DNA from: Paraspadella gotoi
Lineage: Eukaryota; Animalia; Chaetognatha
Length of the DNA stretch: 64,000 nucleotides
Reading direction: 5' to 3'
NCBI GenBank assembly: GCA_051294375.1
Contig: CM119267.1
Location: 14,377,694 to 14,441,693, forward strand
Positions 37,694 to 49,277 of the stretch are shown piece after piece. Position 1 is the stretch's first letter; every line of letters begins with the position of its first letter. Made by a program: the position numbers and the translations under genes. Below the pieces are notes generated by a model. The model ran no database searches. It was not told the origin of the DNA and saw nothing but the letters and a program-made list of their open reading frames with translations.

Positions 37694-38663
37694 TAGGGCA
37701 TTTAAGAATAACAAAATATAACAAATCGAATAAGGTACATAGCTATTTTAGTGTAAACAAGTTTGTAGAATTTGATGGTAATGACCATTTTTTGTATTAT
37801 TTTATCTTTCTTGTCGAAAATGACGATTTTTAATGTATATAAAATTATCATAAGAAAGAAAAACAATTATAAATTATGATAAATCAAATTATTAAAATTT
37901 TATAAAATTTACATGAGCTTTTGAAATATAAAAATAAAGACTTATAAAAATATTATGGTAAGTTTATTTCAAAATTTTATATTTTATAAAAAATTAGTTA
38001 ACTATATTTATTAATAATTATGAGTAAAAATTAGGTTAAAGTTAGAGAGAAAGAAAGTTAATGAAAACAACTGAAAAGTTTGTGAATTTCAAATGCTGAT
38101 GAAGACTCGAACCCAGAGAGTCGAAACATGTCCGTCTATTAAAATAAATCGTTGTCACAAATTCAACAACACTTTTTCTCTAAAGCCAAAAATTAAAAAA
38201 TTATATAAAAAATAGTTTTTAATATTTTTAACCAACTTAATGAAAGAATTTGTTAAAATGGATTATACTTTCTTATATCAACTTTTTGTAAGGAATTCAA
38301 ATTTTATTTTTTTATTTAGCTTATTTTTTATTAATATTTATTAATAAATATAGTTAACAAACAGTTAATAAAATATAAAATTTGTAAATAAACTTACTGA
38401 AATATTTATATGGTTTTTTATTTTTATATTATGTAAGCTAAATATAGCTTTTATAAAATTGTAATAATTTGAGTTTTTATATTCTACAACGTTTGTTGCA
38501 TTTGAATAGTACCATATGTGCTGCAAAAATCGCTATTTTCGACCAAAAAGATGAAATTATACAAAAAAATGATTATCAACATCGAATTCTAAAGACTTTA
38601 TTACATTAAAATAGCTATGTACCTTATTCGATTTGTTATATTTTGTTATTTTTAAACGCCCTA
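37694..38663. mobile_element. hAT-type MITE with long TIRs and 8-bp TSD TTGTAGAG
   Basis: Starts tagggcatttaagaataacaaaatataacaaatcgaataaggtacatagctatttta and ends taaaatagctatgtaccttattcgatttgttatattttgttatttttaaacgcccta; flanked by ttgtagag at 37686-37693 and 38664-38671. Confidence 0.85.
38093..38135 (+). ncRNA. Minimal type-I hammerhead ribozyme
   Basis: aug-CUGAUGA-A-GACUC-gaacccaga-GAGUC-GAAA-CAUG-UC|cgu: complete catalytic core, 5-bp stem II, palindromic ACAUGU stem III and a GUC cleavage triplet. Confidence 0.8.
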
Positions 38664-38671
38664 TTGTAGAG

Positions 38672-39426
38672 TAAGGCGGAACAAGGTAAAAACTAAGAGT
38701 TCTGTAATATAAATAATGTTAAAGCATCCCTGTGGGATAACGAAATTTTAAAAAAATAAGATTTTATATATAGTTAATAACATAGAAGCATTTAAAATTT
38801 ATCGTATTACTGTGGATAAGGCGCTAAGTGGGGCTGCAGAGTGCTATCCGCAACTTCTTTAACCCCCTCTAGCAGCCATGGAACGGGTCCTGGGCTTGGA
38901 ACCAGGCTTGAGGGTTTTCCACGCCCCCAAGGCGGCTTACGGCCGTCCTCCCGCTTCCCGCAGTGTAGGTATCGGGTTGGGATTAAACCCGGTACATAGA
39001 GGTCATGATCTGATGGCTTTACTCAATGAGCCACCGGGTCACGACTGAAGGTCTCATGCTTATAGGCGGGGTAAACCTAGGCAATGCCCGACTATATTAC
39101 TACAAAATCATTAAAAAAATGTTTTCCTATTCAGAATTTTTAAAAACGGATTCTGGTAGAGCATGAAAAAATAAATAAAATATATTATTTCAAGATTTCC
39201 AAATTTTTTGTTTTATTGGTTAATGTTAGCAAAAATTATAAAAATTATAGTATGATGATATGATGATTTTTAAAGGTTTTCCCTTATTTAACTCATTTAT
39301 CATCGAAATGTTAAAAAACGAATTATATTTTGTGTAAACAACTTTTTATAGGCTATTAGTATATAAAGGACAACGAATTTTATATTACAGAACTCCTAAT
39401 GATAAAATTAATTTTGGCCCGCCTTA
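38672..39426. mobile_element. Second hAT-type MITE (TIR TAAGGCGG..CCGCCTTA) with the same 8-bp TSD
   Basis: Terminal taaggcgg/ccgcctta and subterminal gagttctgtaatataaa/tttatattacagaactc; ttgtagag at 38664-38671 and 39427-39434. Confidence 0.8.
38820..39042 (-). mobile_element. tRNA-derived SINE nested in the second MITE
   Basis: Minus strand gacccggtggctcattgagtaaagcc..ccgggtttaatccc has A-box- and B-box-like motifs followed by a GC-rich body. Confidence 0.55.
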
Positions 39427-40286
39427 TTGTAGAGCATATAGGAACAAAAATTGTATATAAGAATTAAGATATCTGCTATGTCATTATCTTGTAAGAGTGA
39501 TGGCCTTAAACCACCAAAGCCTGTTAAAAGTCAGGGGCAAGATAGCTTACTTATTAAATGAATGGATAATTTTTTTTATTGGTTGTACCAATTTCATAAT
39601 AATTTACAATAGTGTACAAAAATATTTTGTTCATATTTTCCTAAGAGCTGTAAAATAAAAAGTAATATAAACGTTTTAATTACTTTTTTTTGTAAAGGTA
39701 GAACGTTACATCATTTATATCAAAATATGTCGAATCTGAATCTGTGCTAAAAAATTACAACTGTTAACTGTAAAAGGTTAATATTATTTAAAATATATAA
39801 TTTTCGCTAATTAAACTTTGAAAGAATTTTATATCAGCAAAAACACATTCGATCTAACTTTTAGAATTACTAAATTAATATAAATTAATTTCCTTAGAGA
39901 AAATAAGGCATAATTTGGTCGGCGAATAAAAATTTGGTTTTAAGTTCCTTAGTTCCTTAGTTTATTCCAAGCCTCGGGCAAGGTTTCGATAATCAGTAAG
40001 TGCACTAGTTTTTGTATGACTTTTGTTCGGTTTTAAATTTTTGGCGGCGCTCTTTACGTGTGTTTTCATAGCGGTTTAGATTATTAACACCCTTAAAATT
40101 TTAAACCGTAAAGTTGATAAACATATTTTACACGATCACAAAAACGTGGAGCTCGTTTTATAATCTTAATGCTGCGTCTGAATTTTTCGAAAATAGGTTT
40201 TCATCCGACAAATAGATTATATTTCATATCTGCGCGGCATTTTGTCATTGATTACAGTCAATATCGTAATAGTTAAATACTCGCTG

Positions 40287-43105
40287 CTATTCGTCGCCGA
40301 TTTTTTTATTTTTTTCTTCCATTTGCGCCAAAATCTTCTTTAGCTCTAGTCTTAAGATTTTCCCAACGATAGATCGAGGAATCGAGTCGGTAAAAATCAC
40401 TCCCCCTCGCAAATGATTTTGGTGTGACATATGTTCAATGATGAACTCTTCTACCTAAAAAAAAAGGAAATTATAGCCTCAAACCCGCGTGAATATAGTG
40501 AACCCTGTTGGTCTGATTTGATCAACCAATATTTCGATTTTTCTTTCGTTAATCATCTCACTAAATCTATTAAGATATTTTTATATTCGTCCGTACCTCC
40601 TTTTCCGTCACCGAGGATCCTTCCTTTTTCATTACAAAAGCGATGGGAAGTTCCCCAAAATCTTTGCACGGCTTTCCGATTACGGCGGCGTCCGTCACAT
40701 CCTTCATACTACAAATAACCTCTTCGATCTCAACCGGAGATACCTGTCCGATAGGTTCATACACATAGATTGTAGAATCTACAATCTGTACTTAAGTTGG
40801 TGAATGTGTTTTTAAAACCTGGTGGCCTTTGTATTTGATGAGTTCCTTGCATCGGTCAACGAGAAAGATGTTCCCTTCATCATTGACGTATCCTACATCA
40901 CCGCTTCTCAGCCATCGTTCGCCGTTTTCGTCCACGTGAAAAGCATTTTCGGTAGCTTTTTTGTTGTTTAAATATCCTATCATCGCTGAGGGAGATTTGA
41001 ATAGCAGTTCTCCCTCCTGCCAGAATATCGTTTTGATTGTGAAAATTAAATTAAGGAAAGAGAATTTTGGTTCTCGTTTTGGAAACCAAACTACTTCAGC
41101 CGACTGTTTTAATTAGATATTTTCTTACTTCATTATTGGACAATTCCTCTCCTGATTCTAAATGCAATACTTTGACTTCAACGTTAGGAAAAGGTTGTCC
41201 CACTGATTCTTTAGGAATCCCCTTTTTAATCGATGACGTAAATATTCCTTCCGTCATCGCGTATCCTTGTGTCACCTGATCTTGACGGGGAAAACGCCTC
41301 ATTAAATCTGAGATTCTTGACAATTATTTTTGGCGCGTCTTACTCGTGCGTGAGGGAATCTTGTGAGGAATTTCTCTGTCGTATCTCCTTGGAGTGCGGC
41401 GCCTCCACAGAAGATTGCCCTGATGGACGACAAGTCATAGTCTTTGACAATCGGGTCCGTAGCGAGGAACATGACGAGAGGGGGAACCACCGGAAGAATT
41501 CCGAGACTATATTTCTGGAAAACGGAAAGTTTAAAATATTTTTTTTATATTGTGTTCCCTTGAATATTACGACTACCACCTGTATTGATTTAAGAAACAA
41601 GGTCTTTTGGAACAAAGGATTCGTGACTAGTTTTCCCTCCATCTTCATTGGTAAAATACTGACACAACACCCAAATATGTGAAACATTGGAAGGACGGCT
41701 AAAAAACCCAGACCGTAAAATTCTTTGATATAAGGGTATTTGCTTAGTTGTTCGACAAAGGAAATTAATGTGAAGTGCGAATGGGCGACGGGTTTCGGCA
41801 CTCCAGTTGTTCCTGATGTTTGTGAAAAAATTTTTTTGGTTTTTATTTATTACAACCAACAATTTTTTTATATAATTGGACATATCTCCGCTCTTCCACC
41901 CCCCCTAGGCTTCATCAGCGCATAATGATGAAGACTCACAATTAGTACAAGTCGAAATATTTCCGATTATGTAAAAAAAACATTTGGAACAATTAAAAAG
42001 CTTTTTCTCTAAATTCAAATCGCAACAAAAGTTGAAATAAAGAAAAGATATGGAATTACCTTACTACATTTATCATTATGCTTTTTTTACCCTTTGGCTA
42101 TTTAGTGGAAACATCAACATTGCCATGAGTCAGGGTTAAACAGTCCATAAAAAGTATGAATTTTCGAAAGGGATGAGTTACCCGAAGAAAAAGGAATTAT
42201 CATAAGGTCTTCTCTTGGATTGATATTTATTTCTTCTGCGAACCATGGGGCTCCTAATCGTGCATGTTTTCCTTCTTTAGGATTAATCAGTTCATTAAAA
42301 GGCCAGCAACTTCTGTCACGGTAAATAACTTTAAGATACATATCCACTATTGTTGTTGCACCAGTAATTGGGACACCTTAATGAAAAGTAGTTACAAGTT
42401 AATTCAATTTTTTTAACAATACTATCCAAGGGGGCATTAAATCTAGTTACAATAAAAATGGTGCTTTTAAAAATTATGATGTAGGAAACTAACCGTAAAC
42501 AAACATTTCTCGAACTTTTGGTGCTTTTTCTCTCGCTTCCATTGCTGCTTTGGCAAACTTTGGAAACACGAAAAAAGCGACAGTGTTGGTCACGATTAAT
42601 TGGTTCTGTATCTCTTGTACGTTGCTCAAAGGATTGAGAAGAGCGACCACTATCCCAGCATATGCGCAGCCTGAAGAGTTAAGGTCAATTGCTTATCGAA
42701 GAATTCTGATGTTTTCATCAGAAGATGGGACTAGTAACCTAACAGAGTGATGATGTATTCTGGAACATTCGGGGAGTACACAGCGACCACATCTCCTTTG
42801 CGATATCCACTTTGCTGTAAGGAGATTCCTACTTTCTTGGAAAGCATCATCATATCTTTGTAGGTGTACGACTTTCCAGAAACTCCACAAATGACGGCCG
42901 GCTCATTTTCCCTAGCTTTATCGAGATTGCCGAAGACATATCGGTACAGGTCCACTTCGGGGATTTCAATTTCGTGTTCTGGCTTGAAAGATTTTAAATC
43001 CGCCGCGGATATTTGGAACCATTTTCTTTCTGGAGGCAACACGCCGAATCGCAGTCGTAATATTGTCGCCGCCACCGATCTTGTTCTTTGTGTGAGTCGA
43101 AACAT
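40287..43105 (-). CDS. 4-coumarate-CoA ligase / luciferase-like acyl-CoA synthetase, ~9 exons
   Basis: IPFSSGTTGVPK (P-loop split by an intron), VLPMFHIFG, VPPLVMFLA..YDLSSIR, QGYAMTE, WLRSGDVGY, VDRCKELIKYKGHQV, VSPVEIEE and LRGGVIFTDSIPRSIVGKILR. Confidence 0.92.
41876..41965. ncRNA. Two degenerate hammerhead-like motifs back to back in a 4CL intron
   Basis: Plus 41925-41963: aUGAUGA-A-GACU..AGUC-GAAA-UAUUUC. Minus 41918-41878: CUGAUGA-A-GC..GC-GGAG-AUAUGUC. Both have core substitutions. Confidence 0.4.
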
Positions 43106-43401
43106 GAACGGTTACGATCTCCTAATCTTTTTGCTGTCTATGTAAGGTAACATTTTTTTCTAACTTCTCAATTTTTCCGAATAATTAACGATTAATAATT
43201 TCTTTACATTATGTACTACTAATTTTTTTTTAATTGGTGTTTTTTAAAATAATTAAATAATTAATAATTTTCAAATAATAATTATGTTTACAGAATTTCG
43301 AAAAAAATTCCGTTTCGATTCATTCTTTAATCATAAAGGAAAAAAATATAAAACTTATTTTTTTTAGTTTTAGGTTCCTTAGAAATACAAACAATTGGAC
43401 C

Positions 43402-45115
43402 ATGACGCTCCCTCAGAAGGACTTGGCATCTTTGCTGAGCGTTCTATCAGAAGATAAAACGTCGACGCAAACATTTGAAGCTTTAGCTTCCTTCTTGCAC
43501 CACTATTTCTCCAAAAACGATCACTTTCGAGTCGGCATGGCTATGGTGCTCATGCTGCAAAACCCGGATCTATTGCCCCATCCAACTCAACGTCTGGCGG
43601 CAATTTATCTTCTGTACGACATGTACCGCACAGAACCAATCGCCAACAATCCATTCGGCTCCGTCTTCATTCACCTTCTCAATCCGCCCTCGACGCAGCA
43701 CGAGAACGGCAAAGCGCGTGATCTGCATTGGGCTTTACCTAAACTCACTAAACCGGAAAAGCTGTTTCTTTCGCAGCTGATTTCCTCGCCATCCAAGGAC
43801 CTCTTTAAACGGACACCGGCGCAGATAATAAACACTGAGATATCGGGAACTTCCCAAAACGTCGATCATACCGGTAAACTTCAAAGACCTATTACTGTAA
43901 TTACGGGTTATACTTTAAGCTTTGAATAAATATAAATCTTGATTCTGTTTTCTAGGATTACAGTTGGCCATGGCCGAGTTTCATTCTGAACTGCCTTCCT
44001 GGAGCAAAACAGGGTTGCCGGCCGTTGTCGCCGATCCCGAAATAAGGCTCGGTTTTGACAAAGCAGGATTTATCAACCCCGACGTCCAGCGCCAAACTTT
44101 GGAGCAACTATTGACGAACACTTGGGGCGAGAAGGACAGAAAATCAGCTTTGATGGAAAATTGCATTAAGCCAGGTTGGTTTATATTAACATAATCACAG
44201 ACTGCAAAGTGTACAAAGTGACACACAGAAACCGCCGCTACAAATAATCGCCATTGGTGAACCTGTAAAGATTTTTTGAATCTTAAAAATTTTTTTGTAG
44301 TAAAAACCAAAATCATTTATATATCCAAATTTTAATTTGATTGGTTTTGATTTGACTTGGCAATGAGCGGAGAAAAGTTGCCTTCAAAATAATCTTTCAT
44401 TTTAAAACTTTTAGAACAAAGTTTTAAGAGAGATTTAACAACGATTTTTATTTCATAGTGAAACGGACACTTATTACTTGAAATTTCCCTTTTCCTAATT
44501 ACTTAGCTATCCCTCACTAACAATAAATATTTCACATTTCTAAACTTATATTTCATTTCACTAATTTATTACTGTAGCTAATTGTTGATATTATTCATTA
44601 TTAAAGTTTACCAAAATTTTAACATTGTTGTACATTTCATAATGTATTATATTTTCAGGCACTCTCTCTCTCTCTCTCTCTCTCTCCATTTCAATTTCTT
44701 TTCACAAACTATCTCTGTACTCGCCTTCACCTGTCCCTAATAATGAGAGAACTTAGGAGTATGTTTGGATACCACGAACCATCTACAATTTTTAATAATC
44801 GTAAGAAAACCTTTATCTCAAAGATATATACAATGAAAAATACTGTTCTTCAGAAACTTGTTCCATTTTTTACAACATAAGAACAATTTTTAATTGTTTA
44901 AATTTTAATTAATTAATTTTATTTAATTAACTGTTTTTTTCTCTCTATTTTATGTTTTTTTTTTTCTTTTTTTTTCTTAGACTTAGTCTGTCTTTGTTTG
45001 TTTGTTTGTTGATGATGATTGTACTGAATCAACCTCGTTGTATTCGAATAAAATCGCATATATAATAAAAAACTGAACACTATCCTTTCTCTCAAACTCT
45101 GTGTTGGAAACTTTG

Positions 45116-45162
<47 letters not shown>

Positions 45163-47717
45163 CTTATCGCACAAAATTCTTTTCAAATTCACAAATTGAA
45201 TTGGCGCTGAAGAAGACTCGTATGTGAGTCGAAACATGTCCGTTTCACTATGAAATAAAAATCGTTGTTAAATCTCTCATCGATGTGCTTAAAATTGAGT
45301 CTGGACAGTTATTAAATATGTTTTGTTTACGTTTTATCAAAACAAAACTTTTCTCTTTTATTTTCATATTTCTTTCTCTCTCTCTTTTCTCTTTTAATTA
45401 CATGTCTCTCTCCCTCTCTTATCCCAAGTCACTGATTCATAATCATAGGGAAAAAAACGAGCCTGCAGCTGGCTCTGCAGAGCTTATTCTTTTTCTCTCT
45501 TTTCTCCTGCTGCTTCTGCTGCTGCCTTTTGAGTCTGCAGCTGGCTCTGCAGTGGCTCTTTCTTTTTCTCTCTTTTCTCCTGCTGCTTCTGCTGCTGCCT
45601 TTTGATTTCTTTCTCTTCTCTCTCTCTCTCTCTCTCTCAGCGTTTTTATTAAAAATTAATTAATTAATTAGTTAAAAATCAGTGCCGCGCTCTCTACCTT
45701 TAGTTCTCTCACGATCTCTCATTGTAACAACATGTCTCTAATATTGTATCATTGCTAATAAATGTACCTCTACATATCAATCATTATCTTTTAATTATAG
45801 TTTTATTGCTATCATAGTCAAATCAATTATGGTCAAATTGAAAATGATTCAAAAATGAAAAATTAATCGTGATAGTGATAGTGAATTCTCAATCTTGAAT
45901 TAATGATATTAAATTGAGTTAGTCTTGTTTTCTCTCTTTTTTATTCTGTTATAATTATGTTATTTTTGTGATTAATTTTGTATGGAATCCTTTTTTTCCG
46001 GGCTTCGCTTATTCAATATTCTCTTATGAGGCCCGGATCACGCATAATCTCTATTACCGGTTTTAAGCTTAGTACTACGCGTAGTAGAAATCTTTGTTGG
46101 ATCAAAACGAATTCGATTTTAAGCGAAAGTTGATCGGATTGAAGCGCGATTTTCGCGACCGTTTAATTGCCATAACTTTTGAACGCATTATCCGATCTTT
46201 ATGAAATTTTGCATATAGATATTAGTATTTTAAATTTCCTATCGATCGGTACCAAATTTATTTAAAAATACTCAATAGTTTAGAAACGATGCTCATCCCC
46301 AACAAAAATCATCGCGTCAGAAATCTTTAGAGAAACTCGAAAATTTTATTCTCATAAATTTTGCCTTTTAAGGCTGACAATTATGACTATATCTCGGACA
46401 CTATTGTAGGAATTTTAAAACGGTTTTTTGCAAGTGAATATTGACATCATCCTCCAGGGACTGGCATAAAAATATATAAAAATAATAAGTTCTTTAAAAA
46501 ATGTTCTGATAGTCATGTTAAAAAAATATTAAAAAAAAAAGATTTGGTTTAAAATGAAAGACGATTTTTAAGGCAACTTTTCTCCGCTCATTGCCAAGTC
46601 AAATCTTAATCAATCAATATAAAATTTGGATATATAAATGATTTTGATTTTTACTCCATAAAAATCTTTCAGATTAAAAAAATCTATATAGATTTGCAAA
46701 TGACGATTTTTTTTTTAGCGACGGGTTACAGTGTGTCACCTTGTACATTTTCAATTCCGGCTTTTATTGGTAGCCATTGTATTATTCCTTTCTAATAAAA
46801 ACAAAATCGTTGATGAAATAAATTTCAAACTGTTTCTAAATAAATTCCGGCTTTTATATTTTTTATTTTTAACGGTCTAATAAAAACTATTTAGAAACTT
46901 TGTATTAATACTAATAATTTGTTTTTTTTATATTCTCTTCGCCGACCACCCAGAGTTCTTCCGTCTCGCGCCGCCTTTACATGTTGCCGAGGATGAACTG
47001 TGCTGGTTACTTCCCCTGGAAGCCTCGACGGACAGCGCCCCTTCGCCTCTGGCTGGACTTCATCGTCCGGCCTGGGACTATTCAATGTGCCAGGGAAGCT
47101 CCGTCGGCAGCGAGGTGCGCCGCCTTATGTCCAAAGCATTTAAGGGACCGCTCGTTCTGCAGAATCAGCAGCAGCTCCTCGGCGAATTAGACAAGGACCC
47201 TCGGCTGGTCTACCACGTCGGATTAACGCCTACCAAATTGCCTGACCTGGTGGAGAACAATCCCTTGGTTGCCATAGAAGTCCTGCTCAAACTGATGCAG
47301 TCGAACCAAATCACAGAGTACTTTTCCGTTCTCGTAAATATGGAGATGTCCCTGCATTCGATGGAAGTGGTGAATCGACTCACAACGGCCGTCGACCTCC
47401 CGACCGAGTTCGTCCACCTTTACATTTCCAACTGTATCTCGACCTGCGAAACTATCAAAGACCGCTACATGCAGAACCGGCTCGTGCGGCTTGTCTGCGT
47501 TTTTCTCCAGTCGTTGATTCGCAACAAGATTATTAACGTTCAGGATTTGTACATCGAAGTGCAAGCCTTTTGCATCGAGTTCAGTCACATTCGAGAAGCG
47601 GCCGGGTTGTTTCGGCTATTAAAGACCCTAGATTCTTCGGGGGAACCAAGCGGTGGTGGCGGTTCCGGAGGCGGTTCCGGAGGCGCGCAGGCTGGAGGAT
47701 CCTCTGGGAATAAATGA
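43402..47717 (+). CDS. CNOT11: CCR4-NOT complex subunit 11; exons 43402-43873, 43956-44174, 46954-47717
   Basis: [78 protein letters not shown] and [21 protein letters not shown]; GT-AG introns with matching phases. Confidence 0.95.
44428..45278 (+). mobile_element. Hammerhead-terminated non-autonomous element (Penelope pLTR/retrozyme-like) bounded by a perfect 42-bp inverted repeat
   Basis: 44428-44469 is the exact reverse complement of 45237-45278. The body shares blocks (tgttgtacatt..taatgtatt, (CT)n, ttcacctgtcc, tgttggaaact, (CT)n) with the minus-strand units at 63140-63725. Confidence 0.7.
45203..45244 (+). ncRNA. Minimal type-I hammerhead ribozyme (sense, in CNOT11 intron)
   Basis: ggcg-CUGAAGA-A-GACUC-guaugu-GAGUC-GAAA-CAUG-UC|cguu: complete core; stem I ggcg/cguu. 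Confidence 0.8.
45461..45605. repeat. ~72-bp tandem duplication, CTG/CT-rich
   Basis: ctgcagctggctctgcag..tctcttttctcctgctgcttctgctgctgccttttga occurs twice. Confidence 0.75.
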
Positions 47718-48218
47718 ATTTTGGAATTAGGATGGCTCGGGGTAAAAAATATAGTGACTAATATTGATATGATTTAAGCAATTTTGGAACATTTTACTCG
47801 CGTTCTTTTGCTATAGTATTTAATACAATTGGGCCCCTTTAATGAGATTAACTTTGTTTAATTTATTAAATTTATTATATTGTTTAATTTGTCGCGATAT
47901 TAATGTTTTCAACATCAGAGAACGAACTAGTCGAAGCGGTTAAAATGTACTACTAGAATAACATATGTGCGAGCATTCAATATACGTAAAAATGGAATTA
48001 ATTAGGGGAGCAATTAACGTGATATTATAGCTTCTACAGTATCCTCGAGCCTCGTGAATTGTCCGATTTCTGACGTTTTTCTGTTGGTTTTTTCGGTATG
48101 TTATGATATGATATATGTTAAAGAGACATAGAAATAATTGGTAGCGATATTTAATCCTCCACATTGTGTCCACATTATGTTTCTTTGCTCAAAGGACATT
48201 TTCTTAAAATTTTTGACT

Positions 48219-49214
48219 ATGAATTATGACGACTCCGATGACGAGGATCGAGAATCCAAATCCGAAATGGACATCCTTGAGTGTCTTCGGCTACAGGGCG
48301 CTGAGCTCGAGCTTCTTGAGAGCATGTACCCCGAACAACTTAGCCTTGACGACGAGGAGGCCGCTGTTCGATTCCGGACTTTTCTGGAGAAAATCAGTGA
48401 TGACGACGCCGTCGGGGATGAGTTGCCCCCCAATCTGTCCCTTTCCGTAAAGATCGACGTCGACGAAACAGACAATGTCTTACTATCTGCCGTCCTTCCT
48501 TCTCTCTATCCGCTCTGGAGACCTAACGTCCTCTTGCGGACGAATTTGAATAGACACAAGGAAAAGTTTCTGAGAGACGCGCTCGACGAGTTTTTGAGGC
48601 GTCAAGACGAAGGAGAGCTTTACATGGTCAACTTGATCAACTTTGTTCGAGAAAATTTCGACGAATTTCGTCGAGGACCCGAAGGAGGAAAGGAAATAAG
48701 GACTGTTGAGGAAAAGGAATCCATTGAACGAATTTGGATTTATTCCCATCACATTTACAGGTAATTGCTCTCGATCCGGTGCCCACAAAATTGACGGACA
48801 GTGATCGGGCATAGTTTTGACCAACCCTGCGCTCTTATTTCTTGTTTTAGCATGCAAAAACGAAAGTTTATCATGGAATGGACTAAGGAGCTACACCTAA
48901 CTGGTTTTTCCATGCCGGGAAAACCCGGTATCGTTTGCGTGGAAGGAGGCGTGAAGGACGTCGACGAATTTTGGCACCGTCTTAGGAAGCTTAACTGGAA
49001 GAGGTTGGCGATGAAGGAACGGGAAACTTTGAGCGATTCGGAGGGCATTAACCATTCTCGAACGAAGTTTTCAGATTTTCGAGAAATATCTTTTGACGTG
49101 AAACAGGGCCACGGTAGAAATTACCATATGGACATGGGAAAATTTCGAGAATTTTTAAGGGAACACGATTGCGAGGCCGTTTTTAAAATGTATTTCGGTG
49201 TCGACGGCATGTGA
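48219..49214 (+). CDS. RWDD2: RWD domain-containing protein 2 (RWD + DUF1115); exons 48219-48760, 48851-49214
   Basis: ELELLESMYP, LPSLYP, RIWIYSHHIY, LTGFSMPGKPGIVCVEG, FWHRLRKLNWK and GRNYHMDMG. Confidence 0.9.
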
Positions 49215-49277
49215 CGCGTTCGAAAATAATGTGTTTTGGTAGTTTTAAATAACGCAAACTATTCATTAAAAACACTG

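Larger units (their letters stand above)
44200..46755. mobile_element. Old non-autonomous DNA transposon with ~200-bp diverged TIRs filling CNOT11 intron 2
   Basis: 44200-44410 (..gatttgacttggcaatgagcggagaaaagttgcctt..) is the inverse of 46545-46755 (..aaggcaacttttctccgctcattgccaagtcaaatc..). Confidence 0.75.

Noticed and set aside
38975-39042. tRNA gene
   Set aside because: A/B-box-like motifs are present but there is no proper acceptor or anticodon stem, and it continues into a repeat body; treated as a SINE head. The same applies to ~16860-16930.
40287-43105. Horizontal transfer from plants or a bioluminescence gene
   Set aside because: 4CL/luciferase-like ligases are widespread in invertebrates and this gene has typical host introns; there is no positive evidence.
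44742-44880. Short coding-like stretch ([17 protein letters not shown]..) inside the hammerhead element as retroelement protein
   Set aside because: Too short and lacks any RT or GIY-YIG motif; may be a LINE 3' fragment but cannot be supported.
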